This document shows, in pieces, positions 23,220 through 38,200 of a DNA stretch of 64,000 nt. The notes beneath the pieces were generated by a model that searched no databases, was not told the DNA's origin, and saw only the letters and a program-made list of their open reading frames with translations. Position 1 is the first letter of the stretch. Every line of letters begins with the position of its first letter. The position numbers and the translations under genes were made by a program. This DNA is from Eukaryota sp. GEM-RC1 (taxonomy: Eukaryota): assembly GCA_040285855.1 (NCBI GenBank), contig JAUFOQ010000003.1:1240001-1304000 (forward strand), read 5' to 3'.

Positions 23220-23725
23220 ACAGCTAAAATCAATGGTGGAATATCATCATTACTGACATCGCCAATATTGTAATAGCCATCATTCTGCAGTAGAAGTCAT
23301 CCAATTATTCAATTTAAATTTTCATTAAATCGTCAATAATGACACTTAGCGCTAACTTCAATTTGACATATTACAATGTATGTAAAAATGACTGTCAAAA
23401 ATATACATGTATGGCACTTTTGTAGTACCTTAATTGCGATACTGTATTGCAAATAATTTTGAGCCTCTAGTCAATTACAATATTTTTTTTGACAGTCCCT
23501 GATTGGAGGAATTGTTTTAGAACAATACATTAGATACAAGATGAAAACAGTGTGAATCTCATATTGTATCATCTTGTTCGTAATAGTAGTAATCAGACAA
23601 CAGTGCAGTACGATATGATTAAAATGGTACATTTGGGTTTAGGGATTATGCACGGTAACACGTTACAAAACGACTCCAACAGATGTTACCACGAGTTTTA
23701 CCTGGTAGCGTTCACTGGTTGAAAG

Positions 23726-24039
23726 CATAGCTGTCCATTACGTCATGACACTCTGTAATGACGCCATGACAAATTAACACTTTATGTCATGACATACGTA
23801 ACATCGTTAAATCGTTCAACAGTGTAGTTTTTTGACATTTTGATATAAAATCAATAGTAAAGCATGCTAATCAACACAGAGAAGTATATAGCCAATTGAG
23901 TTTGCATAAGACTGAATTTAGTTGTATCTGTATTTTGTTTCGATCACATCTAATTTCAATTAGAGGTGTAATGATGTAATGAATGTCATGACACCATTAC
24001 GCCATGACAGTGAGGTAGTTGGTGTCATCGACAGCTTTG
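23726..24039. mobile_element. hAT-like MITE, degenerate
   Basis: Imperfect TIRs CATAGCTGTCCATTAC / GTCATCGACAGCTTTG, internal CATGAC repeats, 8-bp flanks GTTGAAAG / TTTGAAAA (6 of 8 match). Confidence 0.6.
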
Positions 24040-24193
24040 TTTGAAAACCCTTTTGCTATGAATAAAAAGTGGTGTTGTTTGTGACTTGCTTCTTCAAAAA
24101 CACTAAAAACAAAATATCTTCTTGCATCAGTTTAAAAAACTAGAATTTATAACAATAAATTAAATAACAAACTATTAAACCACAACGAAACCT

Positions 24194-26217
24194 CTATATC
24201 TGAATTTTAGAGAAACTTTGTTTCAGATTCGGAAAGAGTTCAATCAACGACTCTGGATAATAAGTCAAAGCATCATTATACGAATGAGCTGTTTTAAACC
24301 TATAAAATCCATTCACTCCAAACTGAACCTCACTATCCAAGTCTAATGATGTAAAATCTAAGCCTAACTCATCCAAAGCTGCAATAAAGTCCTCGTCCTT
24401 CTCATTTTCAAGTAAAGATTCTAGTTGACCCATTCGCCCAGTTATCTTAGAGATCTCAGACTCCAACAACGCCACTTTAGCATCAGCAGACCGCGCTTTC
24501 TTTGATTTCTTCTTCGGATTCTTGATCTTCTTCTTAGTTTTTGATTCATTCTCAGTAACCAGGGTATTTGGTAACATCACCGTACCTTTCTTTTCCACAG
24601 GTAAACTCTCCAAAGAGTGCTGAATCCTCTCCTTCTTTCCAGCCTCTTCCCACTGTTGCAGAGCTTCCTTAGATCTGATATTCAGAGGAAGTGGACCAAA
24701 GGAATGTGATTCTGGATTGAGGGCGACGTGATCAGAACTGGAAAGTGATTGCAGTTTGATTGAGTTGCACAGCGACACTGGGTCATCACTCCATTTGACT
24801 GAAAGAGAGTTAACTGAGAACCTTCCAATTGAGGAGTTATGGGGGTCAAGTTTCTCGTCATCATCTTTTTGAGCTAACAGAGACAGACCACACTCACTGG
24901 AATCATTACTAGATCCACTCGAATGTAGAAGTTCTTGTCGCGAAATGAGCTCATTCGAAATATAACAGTCATCATTGAACAAATCAGCATCAAGACTTGA
25001 TGTCAAATCAGCCAGAATCGGTTGCCGGTCAATCGAATTGACAATAACACCAGGTTTTACCTCCTCTTCATTATCAACGTCATCAAACCCAAATCCAAGA
25101 GTAACGTCTGAACTAGAACTACTCTGAGTCAAAAATTCGCTTCATCTTCAACTTCATCCTCTGTTTCCTCTTCTTTCTGTTCTACTTCCTTAGGTTCAGG
25201 TTCAACTTTGGTTTCTACTACCTTGGGCACAGCATGATCCAGTTGTTTAATGAAATGCTGAGCACGTGGAAGTCGTGAAAGGAAGCATAGCTCCTGACCA
25301 GAGACCACCCAATCCATCATGTTATCAGTGATTTCAAAGCCAAGAGACTTACCACAAGTGTAAGGCGGGGGGAAAACTGACTTCCATTGACCGAGAGCTG
25401 ATACCACGTCAGTGTAATCACCTTCCAATAACTGACTCTCATCAAATACTGATTCTGTCGAGGGTCTGATTGCGAGGAAGAAGGGAGAACCAGGGGCATG
25501 GTTCATTTGCTCCTTAGTAAAGGAAACATCAGGGGGAGCTATATCATGGAGGTAGAGGCACGTGGAGGATGTGCAAGTCTGGCCACGCAGAAAGAATGAA
25601 CAATATTTAGTTGTACCAAATGAAGCACGAAGATGGAAACCATCAAGGACCACTCCGTCGAGGGCGTAGGCAGCCAGAGCAGCTGAGTGGGGGGAGTAGA
25701 AGGTGAGATAAGCACTGACCGTGGGTCCAACGGGGGTGTCCACGATACGGTTGATATTAACCATGATCTTTTTAATGTCACCGTATTGACCAAGATATTC
25801 AAAGCGTAGTAGGGTATCTTCGTTTGCTATAGAGAAAGGGGAGACCTACGAGGTAGACTAGGGTTTTGGTAACGACTCTCATTTCTGATAAATTGGAGGG
25901 AAGTGGGGTGGGATGAGAAGGTTCTTTACAAGGGACATCAGGTACGGAAAGAGGTTTTGGAGGTGCAAGTTGAGCTTGGATTCTGCGGTTAAAAGAGGGA
26001 GAGTGTCATACTGTTCTGGGGTTAGATTAATGAGATTGGAAGTAAGAGAATGTCTACAAGCGGGACAACGAGCATTGGGTTCGTCTTGGAGACGGTTAAG
26101 ACAGAATGAGCAGATTTTGTAACCACAAAGACACGAGCGAGATAGATCTATTTCATCTAGAACAGTAATGCATAAAGGGCATATGAGACTACCAGATTCA
26201 TCTCGGTCCAGTGACAT
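24194..26217 (-). CDS. CNOT4: CCR4-NOT subunit 4 (RING-RRM-C3H1 E3 ligase)
   Basis: C4C4 RING CPLC...CLCGYKICSFC...RCPACR, an RRM, and LRASFGTTKYCSFFLRGQTC....CLYLH. Intron 25983-26011 and several indels. The acidic ORF 24194-25132 probably belongs to the same gene, but this is uncertain. Confidence 0.85.
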
Positions 26218-26272
26218 AACTAATAGGGAGTTTCAAGTGTACAAGTTTCAGAAAAAATCCATCATCATCCTC

Positions 26273-29200
26273 ATGCAGGATTCCCATGTTCTTTGGCTGC
26301 GTACCAAGATATGCTTGGGACTTGGCCTACATCCTACTGCATTCGACTACTTTATTCGTGATGAAAACAACCACAATCTCTTAAGTGACTTCTTATACTC
26401 TACTGATTCACCTTCCTCAGACTCTACATCAAACAAGTTCTCCATCCTTGTATTCACATTAGAAACTACTGCTCCAGAAGTTCCTAGTGAGTCTCCTCAA
26501 GAGTCACCACCACCCTCTCAAGAAGATGATTCCTCCTCAACACACTCTGAAGTCCAGTCTGAATCCAAATCAGAGGCCTCAGAGTCAATCTTCTCTAATC
26601 TCCCTCTTTCCAAAGACCACACACTCCGTGTTTTCTGTGATTGCCAACCTCTAACGCAAACAGACGATCCCCACATCTTCTATCTTGTCAAGAACATGTC
26701 TCTGTCTCAAGCCGAGACATTTCTTCAAGAATCTCAAGGACTCAGTGACGAAGACCCTCTCTCTGCTGACACCGTCCTCTCCACTGCCTTTGAATATGGT
26801 CTTGTCCTTGGCCATCCTCTTTCTTCTCTTGAAAGAACTGCTAGGGAGGTCTTTCTACCTCTCACTGAGCTTTCCTCTATCCAGGGTCTTACTTCAATGG
26901 CTTATTCCTCTGCTCCAATCACTCCACGTACTCCTGACTCTGATATACGTGACTCTGGAGGTCTAACCACAAGAGAGCGATCTGAGTTTGCTGGTACTCT
27001 AAAACGTTTCTCTAAAACAACAATGCACTCCGCTGTACAACTCTCTGGAGATTCTAAAATAGTCCTTCCTGATGTTAACCTTCCTCTAAACAAGGATGAG
27101 CTGTCACCATTCCTAGAAGATGCTGATCTCGTTGACTCAATTGCTTCCTCAGTTCAAGAATGGACACGTGTTCTAGCTGACGTTCTGGTGGAGTCTGTTA
27201 GTCTGGTAGCTTCCTCTGGAGGTCCTACCGCCGAAGTTGATCTTTGGAGAGACCGTGCTGCCTTGTTGTCAGCAGTTTACCAACAGTTGTCTTCTCCCAA
27301 GGTACAGTCAATGAGATGGGTAGTGGAACATTCTGGATTACCTTGTTATGCTATGTTTAATCATCAGTTTACACTGTTGTCATCAGCTTTTTTGGAGGCT
27401 AAAGATAATGTTAAGTTTCTATCTACATTGGAACGTCATTTTAAAACCATTACTTTTGGTAATTTTCAAGCTATTATTGATTCCCTACCTTCTTTATTGA
27501 ATGCTCTAAGAATGGTTTGGGTAATTAGTCGACATTATAACACGGATGACCGTATGAAGGGACTTCTAGAGCGAATTGCCTGGCAATTATGCCAACGTGT
27601 CCGAGAGAATTTGAAACTGGGTCATCGACTAAGTAAATCCAATCTTACCCCATTAATTGAACGTCTGTGTCAAGCCAAAACTCTACTAGATAAGTGGAAG
27701 TCTAGTTATTTCGATATAAGAGCTAAGATTGAAGAATCTGGAAGGGATTCTCGATGGGAGTTTGACCAACGACCTTTGTTTGGTACCACTTCATATATTG
27801 CTGACAGATGCTCAGATCTAATCTTTATTGTTAAAACTGTTTTGTATTATCGAACTGTGTTAGGACCCAAGCTGAAGTCTGTTACTGGTGCAGTAACTGA
27901 TATCGATGAAGTTCGAAGAGAGGTCGATGATCTTGTTTTACCGATTTCTACTGCTAGTTTTGATGTGTTCTCTCCTAATCATCATGGTGTTTGGTCTAAC
28001 ATTATGCTTAATTTCCACTCAAATATTAAATCCATCCACACACGTGTTAAGTCTCTCTTTGATGACGTGTTCTCTTCACTCAGATCCACTGAAGGAGCTC
28101 TAATGCTACTAAGAGAGTTCACTGATCTCCATTCCTCCTCAATGTTTTCTGATCTAATCAATGGAGTTCCTAAAATTGATGACGTGGCTGCCAAATCAGC
28201 AAACGCCAAGGCCAACGTCGACACTAAGTCCATATTCGACTTACAATTACAACGTAAGCTTGACACCATCCTAATGCAATACAGCTCCTTGGTAGACTCT
28301 ATCAAGAAGGACTTTGACGTAAGAAAGGACAACCCTCCAATCCCCAAAGGATTCCCAAAACTTGCTGGTACAGTCATTTTTTCCCGTACTCTGTTCCAAC
28401 GAATCAAGAAACCTTTCCTCCGCTTTCAAGAAGTTATGGATTTGAACTCTTTTGATACTGGACAACTAATCAAACAACGCTATTTCACTGTTGCCAGGGG
28501 AGATGAGAGATTTCGAGAACAAAACCTTTTCTGATTGGAGTAAGATGGTTGAGAGCAAGGCCATATCATATCTACGTGAGAAGTTGTTAGTTACTTATAA
28601 GGATACTGTTGGATCTTATGAAGTGTGTAAGTACAAGGTAAACTTCTCTGATGAGTTGTTCAACATCATTCACGAAGCTCTTACTTTTGATAGAATTGGG
28701 TTTACTACTACTGATACCGCTCTTAACATTTCTCTGCAGGCTGACACTTACATGACCCACGTTAATTCCCTCACTGCCTTAGTAAAGTCTTATGATGAAG
28801 TAATTTCAGGGCTTTCTACTGCAGAACTGTCTCTATGCCAGTCACTTCTTTTAAAGGTACAGGCTCAGATCAACAGAGGCTGCAAGGTACTGAATTGGAC
28901 TTCGTTGTCTATCCCAGAGTTTTTGGAAAGTTGCCATGCTGCCATCACTGATTTCAACTCAAACTTGTCTAGAATCCGTCGTTCTCATGAAGACATTGCT
29001 GAAGCAGTTGAATTCATTTCAAATGTTGATCTTTTCCCAATTGAATGTCGTGCAGATCTTATCAATCTCATGAAGGGTAAGGATGCTTACTTTACTGATG
29101 AAGCTGAATTGCCTGACGTACGTGAATTTTCAGATCTTATTGAATCCAATGTCAGTCAATCCTTAGAAAAAGCCTTGGAGAAGTACAACGAACTACGACC

Positions 29201-32200
29201 TCGCTTTGAGAAAGTAGAAGAACTGCTGTTTGGTAAGAAAACTGGTAACTGTAAAGACATGTCCTTTTACTACCGTTACTGGGAGGTGAGAATCTTCAAT
29301 GCCCTCTCTTTTCTTACTTCTAAAGCTCTTCATAGATTCCACAGTCTCTTGACCTCTTCGGATCAAGGTCCCTTGTTTAAGGTTACTGTCTCCTTGGCTG
29401 TTCCTGATATTGTTATGGTTCCGTCTTGGGGTGATGTTCATAATGCCACACGTAAAATTGTTCAAAATATTTTAAATTTCGGAACTGAGTTTGTTCGTTG
29501 GAAAGATGGCTCTTGTCATTACTGTCCTCCTGTTGAATCCGTTAATGATGAACCTCATTATTATACATTTAAGGAAGAACTTTTAGGGGTTCCTCTTATT
29601 AGTAAAATGAACTCTCGTATTCAGATAGCTACTCAAAAAGTCTGGACATCAGTTCACGAAAGTTTGTCGACTTGGGATGAATATTCAATTTTATGGAAAA
29701 ATTCAAAACCAGAGTTAATTGAAGAGTACACTACTACTAAGTTTACTATCTTTGCTGTAACTGATGTGCTCCAAATGTTCAAAGATATCCAAGATTCTCT
29801 GGACAAACCATCATTTCACACAGATATTGTGTTTGTTAGAATCTGTTTCAGTAATCTCCGTAATGATGTGTTCAATCTAGCTGCTTCTTGGATTGCTGAC
29901 TTCTGTTCTGCTTTACATGTCAAGGCTTCTGCTATCTTAACCGAACTTTCTGATGAAATCTTGGAATTTACTCATAAAATCGATGCCAAACCTGAAACTA
30001 TTGATGAACTCAAAGAGTTGTTGCTTGTTTTGTCCAAAGTTACTGAAAGAACTATGGATGCTGAATCAGAACATTTCCAATGTGAACTTTTGTTTACTTT
30101 ACTAGTTGAAAATGGGTTTACTTCAGAAGAGTTTGAAGAGCAAGTTGCTGCTGCTTCAGAGCTTGGAAAGCGTTGGGAGAAGTTGTTTGAACAGGCGAAA
30201 CAGAAGAACAATGATTTAGAACAGATTAAAGTGGAGTTTACTGAAAGCACAAAGACTGAAGTAACTACTTTTATGAAGAAAGTTGAAGATTTTTACAAGG
30301 CTTTTACTGAAAATGGACCAAGTAACACTGGAAATTCTCTTGATGATGGTTTAGTATTATTAAAGAAGTCAAAACAAGATTTACAGGAATTTGAGTTTCA
30401 ACGTGATACCTTAAATACTGCTGAAAATCTCTTTGGACTAGAAATTTCCACATATCCGGAGCTTGTTAAAATTCGCACAGAAATTGATTCGTTATCTACG
30501 ATTTTTGATTTTTATCTTTCAGTCAAGGAAGAAATTGAACAATGGTCTGCAATCTTTTGGAGTGAACTCAATCTCCAATTAATTGAAGATGATTTAGAAG
30601 AGTTAGCTAGAAGACTTCGTAAAATGAAGAATTTGAAGAGTCTCCCACCGTATTCTGCTGTTGAAGCTATCCTTGATAATTTCCAAGAGTCAATTCCTTT
30701 AATTCAAAATTTAAAATCTGATGCACTTCGACCCAGACATTGGGAAAAACTCATGGAAGTTACTGGACAACATTTTGATGCTGAGAGTAAATCTTTTACT
30801 TTGGGTTCAATTTTTAAAATGGAACTGCATAATTACACTGAATCCATTTCTGAAATTGTTGGCCACGCTTCACGAGAACTTCAAATTGAAACAGCCCTAC
30901 GTGATATAGAAGTCCTCTGGCGTCACTTCCAGTTCGAAATAGCCTCCTATGCACCTCGTGAAGACTCTGGTGAAAAGTCTTTTATTCTCAAGGGTGTTGA
31001 TGAAATTACCCCTCATTTAGAAGAGTCCCTCACCACAATCCAATCAATGATGTCATCAAAATACGTTTCTTATTTCGTTCAAGAAGTTCAAGGTTGGGAG
31101 AAGAAGCTTTCTCATGTATCAGAAGTTTGTGCTATTTGGATTCAAGTTCAAATGAAGTGGATGTATCTTGAAGGTATCTTTTTGGGTACTGAGGATATTA
31201 GAAATCAATTACCTGAAGAAGCTGAGAAGTTTGAAGTTATTGATAAATCATGGAAACGATTAATGAATGAAGCGGAAAGAGTTAAGAACGTTTTGTCGGT
31301 ATGTTTCCTTCCAAATCGTCTAGAAACCTTGGAACAATTGTACAGAGAGCTTGAATCTTGCCAAAAGAGTCTTTCTAATTATCTTGATGTTAAGAGAACA
31401 GCTTACCCTCGATTCTACTTCATTTCTGATGACGAACTTCTTTCTATTCTAGGTACTGATGATCCTCACAATGTTCAACAACATTGTATTAAACTGTTTG
31501 ATAATACTGGCGCTCTAGTCTTTGGACAAGGAGCAAAGTCTAACTTTGTTGTCGGAATGAAGTCTTCTGAAGGAGAAACCTTTAAGTTCATTTCCGAAAT
31601 TAAAGCTGAAGGTCCAGTTGAAGAGTGGATGTTGAAAGTAGATGCTGAAATGAGGAGCACTCTTCATCGTCTCACTAAGGAAGCAGTCTACTATTATGCT
31701 AAAACTCCTAGAGTTCAATGGGTTCTGGATAATATTGGTATGAATGTTTTGGTTGGTTCACAGATTTGGTGGACTTGGGAAGTTGAAGATGTCTTTGATC
31801 AAGTTAAAAGTGGTAATAAGCATGCAATGAAGCAACTACTCAAACATTTGATTGAGCAACTTCACCAACTGACAGAACAGGTTCTGGAGAATCTTACTAA
31901 GAACACGAGAAACAAAATCAACACTCTAATCATTATTGATGTCCATGCTCGTGATGTTGTTGATCGTTTTGTACGTGATTCAATCCTTGATCGTCGTGAA
32001 TTTGATTGGGAATCCCAACTACGTTTCTATTGGGACAAGGATTCCGATGACATCTCCATCCGTCAATGTACAGGAGCTTTTGAATACGGTTACGAATACA
32101 TGGGGCTCAATGGCCGTCTTGTTATCACTCCACTCACTGATCGTTGTTATATGACTCTAACACAAGCACTGTCCATGTACTTGGGAGGATCACCTGCTGG

Positions 32201-35200
32201 TCCTGCAGGTACTGGTAAAACAGAAACTGTCAAGGATCTCGCCAAGGCTATGGCCTTACTCTGTAATGTCTTCAATTGTGGTGAAGGTTTAGATTATCAA
32301 GCAATGGCTAGAATCTTTTCTGGTTTAGCAGAGTGCGGTGCTTGGGGTTGCTTTGATGAGTTTAATAGAATTCAACCAGAAGTTCTCTCAGTTGTTTCTG
32401 AACAGATTAAGACTATTCAACGAGCTTTAATTTGTAAGTCTGATACTTTGTTTTTGAGTGAGCGAGAGATTAAACTAGAACCAAAGATTGGTATCTTTAT
32501 TACTATGAATCCTGGTTATGCTGGTAGAACTGAACTACCTGATAATCTTAAAGCTCTTTTCCGACCAGTTACTATGATTGTTCCGGATTTAGAAATTATT
32601 TGTGAAATATCTCTTTTTTCACAGGGTTTTGTTGAAGCTAAAGTTCTAGCCAGAAAAATGACTGTCCTGTTTGATCTCGCTAAAGGACAACTCTCTAAGC
32701 AACATCATTATGATTTTGGTCTTCGTTCAATGAAAAGTATCCTAGTAATGGCTGGTCAACTCAAAGCTGACTCAGTTCGAGCTGAAAATCCAATCACTGA
32801 GAGTGAGCTCCTTATGAGAGCCCTAAGAGACATGAGTCTTCCCAAGTTTGTCTATGAAGATGTCCCACTGTATCTCGGTCTTTTGAACGATCTCTTCCCC
32901 AATCTTAATGTTCCTCGAGTTAGATATCCAGATTTTAATGATGCAGTCGAACAAAGTCTTGCAGATGAAGGTTATCAGCAAGTTGATGTCCAAGTGGATA
33001 AAGTAATTCAGCTTTATGAAACCATGTTGACGAGACATTGTACCATGGTTGTTGGTACTACTGGAGGAGGAAAGAGTGTCGTCATTAGCACTCTTCAAAA
33101 GGCTCAGACTAGGCTAGGTGTTAATACCAAGATTTACACCATCAATGCTAAGGCTGTCACAGTACCAGAACTTTATGGTGTGCTAGATCCTATTACAAGA
33201 GATTGGACTAATGGACTTCTTTCTAATGCCTTCAGAAATGCAAACAAACCACTCCCTCCAGAAAAAGTAGGAAAAGTCAAGAAATATATCTTATTTGATG
33301 GAGATGTTGATGCCGTATGGGTTGAAAATATGAACTCTGTCATGGATGATAACAAAGTACTAACTCTTGCTAATAACGAACGTATCTATTTGGCTTCACA
33401 CTGTCAGCTTTTGTTTGAAGTTGGAAATCTTTCGTATGCTTCTCCAGCTACAGTTTCTCGTTGTGGTATGGTTTATGTCGATCCTAAAGATTTAAAATAT
33501 TCTCCTTATTTCTACCGTTGGGTTCATCAAGTTCCCACTGAGACTCAACTTCCCATTCTTGAACTTCTTTATGAAAAGTATCTGCCACCAGTTATTGAGT
33601 TTGTTTTTGAAGGTATTTGTTCAGATGGTTCAATGAAAGACCCATTAGCGTTAATTCTTCCAGTTACCCCCCCTTAATTGTGTCCAACAGTTATGTCGAT
33701 TCATGAGCGCAATGTTGAAACCTGAGTCTGAGGACGAAGATTCTCAACTTTTGATTGATGATGAACGTCATCTTGAGGCTATTCTCCTCTTTTCTTTGTA
33801 TTGGTCTGTAGGTGCTGTTTTAATGAACTCTGAACGTGCTGAATTTGACACTTTTGTTAAGGAACTTTCAGGTCTCTCTGTTGCTCAATGTGGAGTTGGT
33901 GGTTGTCCTAGTGGATCATTACCTGGAGGTCAACCTACTGTGTTTGACTATTTGTTTGACACAAGTCTTTTCCAGTGGTTACCTTGGAAATCAAGAGTTG
34001 AGGGTTACACTGCTCCAAGCCCCTTCAAATTTTCAAAAATTGTCGTTCCTACTGTTGATACTGTTAGAAATACATGGCTACTTGATACTATGGTTAAAAA
34101 CAAATTTCCAGTCCTCTTTGTTGGATTTTCTGGAACAGGTAAAACTGTGACTATCCAAAACTACCTATCAAATCCCGCTATTTGTCCACCACAGTACTAT
34201 AGTTCTCTTCAGATGAACTTCAGTTCTAGAACTACTTCATTGGACGTACAGTCTCTTTTAGAGGAAAATGTTGATAAACGATCTGCCGCTCTTTTGGTCC
34301 ACCCAAAGGAAAGCAACTGTTGTTTTTCATTGATGACGTCAACATGCCTATTATTGATATCTATGGAACTCAACAATCAATTGCTTTAATGCGTCATTTG
34401 ATTGACCGTGGAGGTTTCTACCATCGTGAAGAACCCTTCCATTGGAAGACTATTAAAGATCTAGGATACATTTGTGCAATGGTACCTCCACTCGCTGGTC
34501 GTAATCCAATAGACCCTCGATTTGTTTCACTTTTCTCTACCTTCAACATTACTTTCCCCAGTGAAGATGCCCTTGTTCATATCTTTTCCTCAATTGTTTC
34601 TTCTTATCTTCGTCCTTTTGCTGAAGAAGTTCAAAGTATTGGAAAGGAATTGCCCAAGCTCACCCTTGATCTCTATCGTCACATTGAGGTCAATCTACCC
34701 CCGACACCTTCCAAATTCCATTATGTTTTTAATCTCCGTGATTTATCACGTGTTTTTGAAGGTGTTTGTTTGGCAACAACTGATAAGTTTTCCTCAGCAA
34801 ACCAATTGGCTAAACTGTGGCGTCATGAATGCCTCCGAGTCTTCCACGATCGCCTGGTAAACGAGACTGACAAGAATCTTGTTTCTGGTAAATTAAATGA
34901 CCTCGTTTCAGGCTTGACTGTTGATTTAGATTACGTCACCAGACCATCTCCCTTGTTTGGTGACTTTAGAGAAGTTATGAAGATCAAGGAAGGTGAGGAA
35001 GGAGTTGAGTTGTATGAGGATTTAGACGACTTTGCTTCAATTAAACCTATAGTTGATGCTGTTTTGGAAGACTTCAACTCTCGAAATCGTGATCAGAAAA
35101 TGAATTTAGTCATGTTCAATGATGCTTTGAGTCATTTGTCCAGAATCATTAGAGTTTTGAAAATTCCCAGAGGAAACTGTTTGCTTGTTGGTGTTGGAGG

Positions 35201-38200
35201 TAGTGGTAAACAATCTCTGACTCGACTTGCTGCCTACATTGCTGGCTACGACGTCTTCTCTATCACACTATCTCGTGGATATGGAGAAAATGAATTTAGA
35301 GAATCAATCAAGCAATTATATCACCAGTTAGGTGTTGAAAACAAAAGATAGTTTTCCTCTTTACTGATGCTCATGTCATTAGCGACTCCTTCCTAGATAT
35401 CATGAACTCTATGTTAACAACTGGGTCAGTACCTGCCTTATTTGCTGATGATGAAAAGAATCAGTTGATTGAAGCTGTCCGTAATGAAGTTAAGCTTTCT
35501 GGTCTTGTGGATACCAAAGATAGTTGTTGGAACTTCTTCATCAACAAATGTAGAGACAATCTACACATTGTTCTAGCAATGTCCCCTGCTGGTGACGTGC
35601 TTCGTAAACGATGTCGTGACTTCCCTGGTTTCATCTCTAACACAGTCCTTGATTGGTTTACTGCCTGGCCCAAAGAAGCTCTTCATTCAGTTGCTACCTC
35701 CTTCTTTGATTCAGTTGACGTTGCTCCTGAGATGTTGCCTAGCATTGTTAATCACGTGGTTAACGTACATCTTTCCGTTACAGATTCTTCCGCCAAGTTC
35801 TTAGAAATGCTTCGTAGGTATACCTATGTTACTCCAAAGAACTATCTTGATTACCTAAGCCAGTATAAGACTCTCCTACTCAATCAACGAACAAAAGTCC
35901 AACGATATGATTAAAAGATTTGGTATTGGTCTATCAAGACTCGTAGCTGCAGCTGAAGAAGTTGATAAGCTTCAAGCCCAGTTAGTTATAAGAAAGAAAG
36001 AAGTTGACCAGAAGTCACAAGAAGTCCAAGAACTTTTGGTTCAGATTGAAAAGGGTACTGCTGAGGCTAATACTAAGAAAATACACACTGAAACTAAGTC
36101 TGAGGAACTTGCTGTCGCTTTCAAGAAGATTTCTGTTGACAAAGCTGAAGCTGAACAGGCTTTAGAAGCAGCCATTCCTGCACTAGACGCAGCTGCTGAA
36201 GCCCTGGATTGCATCTCCAGACAAGATCTCCAAGAAATCAAATCAATGCCGTCACCTCCACCTGTAGTGTTTACTGTGATGGAGTGTGTTGCTTTGTTGA
36301 TGAACAACAAGGATACCTCTTGGAAGGGTGTTAAAGCAATGATGGGAACGAGTTTCCTGTCTGATTTGCAGACTATTGATAAGGATAATCTTGGAGAATC
36401 AAATGTTCGAAAAGTTTTAAAATATTACAAAACTGTTGGTTTCAATGAGGAAGATATCTCGAAAATTTCATTTGCTGCTGGTAAACTCTTTGTTTGGGTT
36501 AATGGAATGGTCAATTACCACAAGATCTTCAAGGATGTTGAACCTCGCCGTAATGCCGTGGCTGCCGCTGAACAATCCTTAATAGAAGCCTCCCAAGAAC
36601 TCGAGGTAACTAAACAAGAGCTAGAAAACCTATCCAAACAGTTAAAGTCTCTTGATGAACAGTACACTAAGGCAAGAAGAGAACAGAATGAACTCAAAGA
36701 ATTAGCTGCAATTCAAGAGAAGCAACTAAATACAGCTAAGAAACTCATTGATGGGCTTGGATCTGAGAGAGTTCGTTGGGCTGAGAAAATGAAGGAATTA
36801 GAAGATTCCCGTGAAAAGCTAGTCGGTGATTGTCTTTTAGTTTCCGCCTTTTTGTCTTACTCTGGACCTTTTAATTATGATTTTAGGTCTATTCTAATGG
36901 ATCTATGGATTAAAGACTTGACAGAACTTGGAATTCCTTTCTCCTCTCCTTTCAAACTTGAAGAACATCTAACTGATGATGTGGAGATTACCAGATGGAA
37001 TAAGGAGTCTCTTCCTAGTGATGAGCTTTCCATTCAGAATGGTTTACTTTCTACAAAGGGATCAAGATGGCCTTTGTGTATTGATCCTCAAATGCAAGCA
37101 GTGTCTTGGATTAAGAATAAGGAGGAAAAATTAAAAATTGGATCATTTTCAAGTCCGAATTTCATTCGGGATTTGGAACAGGCAATCAATTTCGGCTTCC
37201 CATTCCTTTTTGAAAATATTGATGAGTTCGTTGATCCCGTCATCAATTCAATTCTCGAACGTAATTTCTTCATTCAAAACGGTCAAGAATTCGTCAACTT
37301 CAACGACAAAGTCATCCCTGTCTCACCAGATTTCCGCCTCTACCTTACCACTAAACTCTCCAATCCCCACTACTCCCCTGAAGTTCAAGGTCAAGTCATT
37401 CTAATCAACTTCACTGTCACCCAGAAGGGTCTTGCCGAACAACTTCTCAATGAGGTAGTGTCCTATGAACGATCTGACTTGGCTGAACAACGGTCCACTT
37501 TAGTATCTGAAATGTCGGAAATGAAGACCACTCTACAGGAATTAGAAGACTCACTTCTACGTGAGCTTGTTAACTCTGAAGGTGATATCCTAGGTAATGA
37601 AGACCTAATCCTGACCCTGGAGGAAGCTAAGAAGAATGCCACTGCTGTAAAGGCTTCCCTTGAACAGTCCAAGATTACTGCTGCTCAGATTGCAGAAGCT
37701 TGTTCTTTGTACCTTCCCGCTGCTACTCGTGGCTCAATTCTCTTCTTTTGTATGTCATCCATGGCTAATATTTCTACAATGTATGAATACTCTCTGAGCT
37801 CTTTTCTTGAAGTCTTTAAGGAATCGTTATCTCAAGCTGCCACGTCTATTTCTCTTTCTGACCGTTTAATCAATATTATTGAGACTTTGACTAGTAACGT
37901 ATATACTTACACTTGTTTAGGTCTATTTGGAAGTCACAAACTGTTGTTTTCCCTTCCACATGTGTTTGAGAATTCTGGCTGATCAAGATCGTGTACCAGA
38001 TGGATTTTTAGATTTCTTCTTGAAGGGAAATATCTCTCTTTCTGATACTCAAATTCCCTTACCCGAAGCCATGTCAGATTTCGCATCAATTCAATCATGG
38101 CGTGATCTTGAAACTCTTTCCTCTTTGGATGATTTCAAGTCAATCCAATCAGATATCAGCAGCAATCACGAAGAATGGCGCCAATGGACAAAATCAGCAG

